Below, piece by piece: positions 58,355 to 64,000 of a DNA stretch of 64,000 bases (position 1 is the stretch's first letter; every line of letters begins with the position of its first letter). Below the pieces are notes generated by a model. It made no database searches, was not told the origin of the DNA, and worked only from the letters and a program-made list of their open reading frames with translations. The stretch is from positions 3,552,001 through 3,616,000 of the forward strand of contig OZ253580.1 in NCBI GenBank assembly GCA_965263035.1, read 5' to 3'. Made by a program: the position numbers and the translations under genes. This stretch comes from Acidobacteriota bacterium. GTDB lineage: Bacteria; Acidobacteriota; UBA6911; RPQK01; JAJDTT01.

Positions 58355-60193
58355 GTGTTTCTGCAAAGACATCGATTCTTGCCGGTGTTCCTCGCCTGGC
58401 TCCTGACGGAGCTGGGTGGTGCGGCCCCAAGCCCGGCCACCATTCTCATCGATACGCCCATGCCCCCGCCCGCGTGGGCCCTGCAGCAGCGAGAATTGAT
58501 TCGAGCCAACACCAGAGCGTGCCGGGAGTTCTTCCAAAAGTACTTTGATGACCGGGGTTACCTGCTCTGCGTCGAGCGCTGGGGTGCCGCGGATGGTCCT
58601 GACGACGCCATCGAAAACGTGGCCGACTGGCCGATCCTTCATGCCCTTGGGGCCCCCGACGAGGTGCTCCGCATGTACAAGAAGGCTTGGGAGGGACATC
58701 TCCGGCAATACACGGAAGCCAGGACGGTGCAGGTCCCCATGGCGCGCGAGGGGATGTACTACAAGGAATTCCCGGTGATGTTCGACTGGTATCACATCGG
58801 CGAGTTCCTTCGCGTCTTCAACCTGCAGGGACTTTCCGACCCCGGTGACGAGGCCTTCGGCAGGCGCGTGAGACGTTATGCCGGCTTCTACATGAACGAG
58901 GATCACGAGGCTCCCAACTACGACCCGAGACACAGGATCATTCTGAGCTACTTCAACGGCAGCCGCGGGCCGCTCCTGCGCAACACGACGGCAGTGGACT
59001 GGGCGGGGGATCCCTTCGAACCTTTCGAGGGTGTTCCCTCTACCTACTACCAGAGGTTACTCGCCGGCTACGCGAACTACAGCGAGACTCTGGGGGACCA
59101 TCCCATGAACCTGGGCGCCACGACGCTCGCCGCCAACGCCTACCTGCTGACGGGCGAGGAAAAATACAAGAAGTGGCTGCTGGAGTACGTCGACGCCTGG
59201 GTGGCCCGGACCAGGGAAAATCAAGGGATCATCCCCAGTAACGTCGGCACGGATGGCCGTATCGGCGGAGCAGCCGGCGGCCGGTGGTACGGGGGGACCT
59301 ACGGCTGGGCCTTCACCTTCAAGAACCCGGAGACCGGCGCGGAGAGCCACTACAATCGCGTCGGACGCGGCCTGATCGGATTCGGGAACGCCTACCTGCT
59401 CACCGGGGACCGCCGCTATATCGGCGTCTGGACCTCAATGATGGACAAGATCAACTCCCACCGGGGCGGCATGTACGGAGCGCCCGGGGCTCAACTGGGG
59501 GCCACGGCGGGAGCTTTCCCCAGGATGCATGGGGACCAGGGATGGTACGCCTTCGCTCCGGGTCGATGGTCGGAGGGAGCGCTGGAATGCTATTTCTGGA
59601 CCTGTGAGGCCAGGGATCGGAAGCGGGTTCCCGGAAGCGAATGGATCCGATTCCTGGAGGGAGACGCTCCCGAATACGTGGAAACCGCATTGCGGGACGA
59701 CTTCCGGAATATCCGAACGAAAATCTCTGCCATGCGGGAGGACCGTTCCACCCCGAGCACGCGACTGTCCAATGGTCCGATGCCGTACAACCCCGTGTCC
59801 ATCTCCTCCCTGCGCGAGCAGATGCTGGCCGGCGTCGATCCCGGCCGGGGCGGTGCTCTCCTGCACTGCCGCTTGAGGTATTTCGACCCTGAACGCCGCC
59901 GGGCGGGCATCCCCGAGGACGTGGCGGCCCTGATCGACGAGATGACCGATACCCGGGTATCGGTGACGCTGGTCAACGTCAATCAGGTCGAGGCCCGGGA
60001 GCTGCTGGTTCAGACCGGCGCCTACGGGGAACACCAATGCCGGAGCGTGGAACTGGACGGCCGGGAGGTCGAAGTCTCCCGATCCTGGTTCCGGGTCCGA
60101 TTGGAACCGGGGTCGGGATCCCGGGTCGTCGTCAACAATACCCGATATGCCAACGATCCCACCCTCCTCTTCCCTTGGGATCGAGAGCGTTGA
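58355..60193 (+). CDS. secreted uncharacterised protein (paralogue of 38648-40594)
   Basis: Signal peptide; shared motifs DDAxE, DWxHxGE, PNYD, GSRGP, RYFD, YGEH, FPWD. Confidence 0.8.
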   Translation: MFLQRHRFLPVFLAWLLTELGGAAPSPATILIDTPMPPPAWALQQRELIRANTRACREFFQKYFDDRGYLLCVERWGAADGPDDAIENVADWPILHALGAPDEVLRMYKKAWEGHLRQYTEARTVQVPMAREGMYYKEFPVMFDWYHIGEFLRVFNLQGLSDPGDEAFGRRVRRYAGFYMNEDHEAPNYDPRHRIILSYFNGSRGPLLRNTTAVDWAGDPFEPFEGVPSTYYQRLLAGYANYSETLGDHPMNLGATTLAANAYLLTGEEKYKKWLLEYVDAWVARTRENQGIIPSNVGTDGRIGGAAGGRWYGGTYGWAFTFKNPETGAESHYNRVGRGLIGFGNAYLLTGDRRYIGVWTSMMDKINSHRGGMYGAPGAQLGATAGAFPRMHGDQGWYAFAPGRWSEGALECYFWTCEARDRKRVPGSEWIRFLEGDAPEYVETALRDDFRNIRTKISAMREDRSTPSTRLSNGPMPYNPVSISSLREQMLAGVDPGRGGALLHCRLRYFDPERRRAGIPEDVAALIDEMTDTRVSVTLVNVNQVEARELLVQTGAYGEHQCRSVELDGREVEVSRSWFRVRLEPGSGSRVVVNNTRYANDPTLLFPWDRER

Positions 60194-60215
60194 CCCACCG
60201 GAAAGAGAGTCCGGA

Positions 60216-61205
60216 ATGAGCATCAGTCTGACCCGCCGCGAATGGTTGACCGCTGGCGCTGTGACCCTTTCGTCGCCGAGAATCGTGTGGGGCGCGCGCC
60301 GGAAGTCCATGCACGGGGCGTTCATCATCCTCGCGACTCCCTACACCGAGTCCAAGGAGGTCGATTTCGAGGATCTGGCCGCGGAAGTCGAGTTCCTCGA
60401 CCGTTCCGGGGTCCAGGGCATGGTCTGGCCCCAGAACGCCAGCGAGCTGGGCTGGCTGAGCCGGGAAGAACGAATGAAGGGCATGGAGGTGCTGGCTCGA
60501 GCGGCTCGCGGCCGGTCGCCGGCACTGGTGCTGGGGGTCCAGGGACGGAACACGGAGGCCATGCTGGAATACGCCCGCCACGCCGAGTCTCTGAATCCGG
60601 ACGCCCTCATCGCCATTCCACCGACCGAGGCCAATTCGCTGGAAGACTACCGGGAGTACTACTCGGAGTTGGGACGGCTGACCAGCCGGCCGGTCTTCAT
60701 CCAGACGGGAGGAGGCGCGCCCGAAATCAAGGTCAGCGCCGAGTTCGTTCTGGAGACGGCCCGAAAATTCCCCAACCTGGGCTACGTCAAGGACGAACAC
60801 GAAGTCGGGTTCGAGCATTTCGAAAGAAAGAGAAAGCTTGCAAAACACAGCCCGGACCCGATCAAGAGCGTCCTCACCGCGGGCCGGGCCCGAGCCTGGA
60901 CCTACGAGATGCGCCTCGGGGCCCACGGCGTCATGACGGGCGGTCCCATGTACGCCGAAATCTACGCGCTCATCTGGCGGCTGCATCAGGAAGGTGAACG
61001 GGACCGGCTGCGGGAGGTCTTCGGCAAGCTCCTGATGATGACGATCCTGGAGCAGCACATCCCGGGAGTGAAGCCCTACATGATGAAGCGGCGCGGACTC
61101 TTCAAGACTTCGGTTTCCCGGGTTTGGGAAAATGTCCTCACGCCGGCCCAGGTGGATGAGATCGAGTACAAACTCAAGGGGCTGGAACCCTACCTGAATG
61201 GTTGA
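60216..61205 (+). CDS. Tat-signal DHDPS/NAL-family (class I aldolase-like) protein
   Basis: LTRREWL signal, ATPY...VDFEDL, LSREER, Schiff-base lysine in GYVKDE. Confidence 0.8.
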   Translation: MSISLTRREWLTAGAVTLSSPRIVWGARRKSMHGAFIILATPYTESKEVDFEDLAAEVEFLDRSGVQGMVWPQNASELGWLSREERMKGMEVLARAARGRSPALVLGVQGRNTEAMLEYARHAESLNPDALIAIPPTEANSLEDYREYYSELGRLTSRPVFIQTGGGAPEIKVSAEFVLETARKFPNLGYVKDEHEVGFEHFERKRKLAKHSPDPIKSVLTAGRARAWTYEMRLGAHGVMTGGPMYAEIYALIWRLHQEGERDRLREVFGKLLMMTILEQHIPGVKPYMMKRRGLFKTSVSRVWENVLTPAQVDEIEYKLKGLEPYLNG

Positions 61206-61256
61206 GGATCTCACCGCATCGGGTACGGCTCTCGACGATGGACCCACCGAGCCCGC

Positions 61257-62480
61257 TCACCGGGAGATTCGAGCATTCACCAGGAGCCGGCGGAACTCGC
61301 CGTAGGTCATGTCCCTGGCGATGAGGTAGCAGGCATCCTCGGCGGTATTGACCACGTCATGCCATCTGTAATCACGCCGGATCCCATTGTAGACCGGTAG
61401 CTTCAACTCGCCATCCTCAGTCTCCAGGGCCAGTTCGGGGGCAGCAGGTTCCGGCCAGCAGAGCATCCCGTGGACCTCCCGGACCTGAAGCTCGAGACCC
61501 TGGACCGGGATCCGGGCGTAGAGTAGGGGATCCTTCAGCCGGCACCAGGCTCGAGTGTACAGGCCCACCAGGCGGGCTCCGGTGCCTTCCCAGAGATAAA
61601 GACGCAGATTAGCGTCCAGATCGACCCGCTCCCGAAATCGGGATCCCATCAAAAACGAGGCTCCGCTGACGGACAGGTCGTATCGGTTGTCCACTGGGGT
61701 CTGAAGTCCCAGATAGGGGACCAGCATCTGCTTGTAGGTCATGGCGCACTGCTCGAACCCCTCGCCGAAGGCGACTCCCTGGGTCGTGGCCGCGTCGAAT
61801 CTCAGGTTGTGTTTCCGGAATTCGTTCCGGATGTCTGATGCAGCCATGCGGCTGTAGTAGAGCACTTCCAGCACGGCCGGATTCCAGGTGGCGGCCACCG
61901 CGCCCGCCTCGTCGATGGCCTCCCGGATCTCCGCCTCCAGCTCTTCCTGGATCTCCGGAGGCACCCCATCGAGGAACTCGGCGCGGCCTGGAAGGTCCGG
62001 GTCAGCCAGGAATTGCTCCAGAGGATGGTCCAGATTCCGCCAACCCGCCGGCGGATGCCTCAGTTCCCGGTCCACGACGATGGCTCGCCGGCCCAGAGTG
62101 CGGCTGGCGTATTCTTGCAACTTGAGCATGGGCGCCTCGTCCCCGATGGGAAACAGGAGCAGGACCTCGTCCGGCTTCATCCTGGACATGAGCTCCTTCT
62201 GGAGACGGTTGACCTCCAGTTCCTTCTGGTAGGTCGCGTCCCAGACGGGCCGACTGTAGGGACTGTGTTGGTCCCAGTCTCCCGGCGGGGGATCGAGGCC
62301 CGCCGTCTGCCAACACACGGGGTGGAACATGAAGTAGATCTGCCGGACGTTCAGCGGGTCGGTCCCTGCATCGGCTTCGGAAGAGGTCCCGCCGCAGCCG
62401 GTCAGAAGCAGAACGGCGGCCAGGATGCTCAATCGGACATGAATTCCGAGCCGCGGGAAATGACGGAGTTGAGGGGTCAT
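61257..62480 (-). CDS. hypothetical lipoprotein
   Basis: Lipobox LLTGC, coding-like composition, no recognised family. Confidence 0.7.
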   Translation of the reverse strand: MTPQLRHFPRLGIHVRLSILAAVLLLTGCGGTSSEADAGTDPLNVRQIYFMFHPVCWQTAGLDPPPGDWDQHSPYSRPVWDATYQKELEVNRLQKELMSRMKPDEVLLLFPIGDEAPMLKLQEYASRTLGRRAIVVDRELRHPPAGWRNLDHPLEQFLADPDLPGRAEFLDGVPPEIQEELEAEIREAIDEAGAVAATWNPAVLEVLYYSRMAASDIRNEFRKHNLRFDAATTQGVAFGEGFEQCAMTYKQMLVPYLGLQTPVDNRYDLSVSGASFLMGSRFRERVDLDANLRLYLWEGTGARLVGLYTRAWCRLKDPLLYARIPVQGLELQVREVHGMLCWPEPAAPELALETEDGELKLPVYNGIRRDYRWHDVVNTAEDACYLIARDMTYGEFRRLLVNARISR

Positions 62481-62602
62481 GTTCTGTCTTCAGAACCGAT
62501 TCTTGGGGGCACGTGTAGCACGCGGCCGTAACCCGGACAGGGGCCGGAGAGCGGATGGATCGGTTGGTTTCACTGGTTCCCGCTGGAGCGGAAACCATGC
62601 AG

Positions 62603-63925
62603 TCAGGGCCGGACGTTGATCCGGCGCGCTTCGTACAGCGTCTTCATGTCCCGCAGGAAATGCTCGCTGTCGTGCTCCCAGAGCCGGAGGGTTTCTCCCA
62701 GCGATTTCCCCGGCAGGACGAACCGATACGAAAGCACGACGCATGAATTTGGCCCGGTGGCTGCGATCTGGGTGTACCCCTGCGTCAACGGTTCGGCGAT
62801 CTTGCGGGGCCGGCTCCAGGTATAGCCCTTGTCGGGACTGAACATGACGTAGTCTCCGGCGGCCTCCGAGGGATCTTCGATGCCGACTTGGCGCTGGTAG
62901 CGCTTGCGATAGTCGGCGAGGCCCGCGGGATAGTACCCGCCGTTGGGATCTTCCCAGTAGATGTACCGCATGGGGCGCCAGCCGAAGCTGCAGACCAGAA
63001 TCCCGTTGTCCAGAAGGGTCATTTTCGGCTGCAGCCCCAGCGTCTCCAGAGAGACCGGCTCGCTCCAGGTCTGTCCTCCGTCCAGGGAACGGCACTGAAA
63101 AAGCGGCGCATAACGGCCGGTCCGCATGATCACCAGCAGCTCGCCGCCGCCGAAATCCTCGAAGGCCGGTTCGCAGAAACTCTCCTGTCCGGTCTTGCCG
63201 TCGTAGGCGATGGTCGAGAGATACTCCCAATTCTTGCCGTCATCGTTGGAGGACAACATGTAGGTGCGGTACATGGGCGCCACGCCCAGTGTGGGAGCGA
63301 ATCCGCTGATGGGCACGTCGTCGCCGACGAAGTTGCCATAGGACAGAGCCAGCAGAGTGCCATCCGACAGCTCATGGGCGAGTTCAACCATGGGAGCTTC
63401 GAACACGGTTTTGTAGTCGTCCCCGATGACGGCCTTGAACCGGGGCACGGAGATGTTGGTCTCGATCCATGACCTATCGTCAACCTTCGCGAAGTCGGTG
63501 AGTCCGTCCAAGGTCATGCGCCCGGCGAGAAAGACCCCTGGCCGTTCCGACGGTCTCGCACCCCGCTTGAGCAGATAGAATGAGCCGTCCCGCCGTTGAA
63601 GCAACTGGAATCCCGAGATCGGAACCTGTTGCCGCTGCCAAGTGAGGCCGCCGTCGGTTGAACGCAGGATCTTGTCGGTTGTCCCACTGAGGATGATGGA
63701 TCCGTCGAGCAGCTTGAGCAGTGGTGTGAGAGGAAGGTAATAGGGGGGCGCCGCCCCTTCTCCATGCACGATGGAGGGCTCGGAGACGGTCACCGAAGTG
63801 ACCGCGGCCCGGGAATGAAGCAACGTCGGTTTCGATGAAGGCGTGGTCGCAGAGCCGTGCACGGCGGCGATGCCGACTCCGAGCAGACAACTCGCCGTCA
63901 GGGTCCTGGCCGCAGGGACAAACAT
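62603..63925 (-). CDS. secreted sialidase-like (BNR/Asp-box) protein
   Basis: Signal peptide; Asp-boxes STDGGLTW, SNDDGKNW, SLDGGQTW, SPDKGYTW. Confidence 0.8.
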   Translation of the reverse strand: MFVPAARTLTASCLLGVGIAAVHGSATTPSSKPTLLHSRAAVTSVTVSEPSIVHGEGAAPPYYLPLTPLLKLLDGSIILSGTTDKILRSTDGGLTWQRQQVPISGFQLLQRRDGSFYLLKRGARPSERPGVFLAGRMTLDGLTDFAKVDDRSWIETNISVPRFKAVIGDDYKTVFEAPMVELAHELSDGTLLALSYGNFVGDDVPISGFAPTLGVAPMYRTYMLSSNDDGKNWEYLSTIAYDGKTGQESFCEPAFEDFGGGELLVIMRTGRYAPLFQCRSLDGGQTWSEPVSLETLGLQPKMTLLDNGILVCSFGWRPMRYIYWEDPNGGYYPAGLADYRKRYQRQVGIEDPSEAAGDYVMFSPDKGYTWSRPRKIAEPLTQGYTQIAATGPNSCVVLSYRFVLPGKSLGETLRLWEHDSEHFLRDMKTLYEARRINVRP

Positions 63926-64000
63926 TGGATCTCTCCTGGCTGTCGAAGGTTTCGTGTCATGGCAAGGCGAAGGCCACCGGCTTTCCTCCGGCCGACTTGG

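Overview
GC-rich bacterial chromosomal window. Gene order and content resemble Acidobacteriota, but this is an inference, not a taxonomic assignment. Positions 1-18.1 kb are core genome: tilS (partial)-ftsH-folP-cdaA-cdaR-glmM, mfd plus two parvulin PPIases, tatA/tatC, an S41 protease and a LysM lytic transglycosylase. Positions 18.5-64 kb are mostly accessory catabolic and transport genes, many with twin-arginine or lipoprotein signals. No rRNA, tRNA, CRISPR array, integrase or transposase was recognised. The most notable signals read directly from the DNA are: (i) several different CTAG-bounded MITE-like elements stacked end to end, including a 159-bp fully palindromic element in three copies, two of which bracket a three-gene cargo; (ii) a tandemly duplicated cassette of promoter, small coiled-coil membrane protein and Tat-exported oxidoreductase-like protein, whose second copy carries an unannotated 54-aa microprotein and is split by an ATPase gene fragment; (iii) two paralogues of an uncharacterised ~600-650 aa exported protein family within a set of exported enzymes; (iv) a small Cys/His-rich membrane protein hidden inside a longer ORF call. 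Product names come from motif recognition by eye; no database searches were run.
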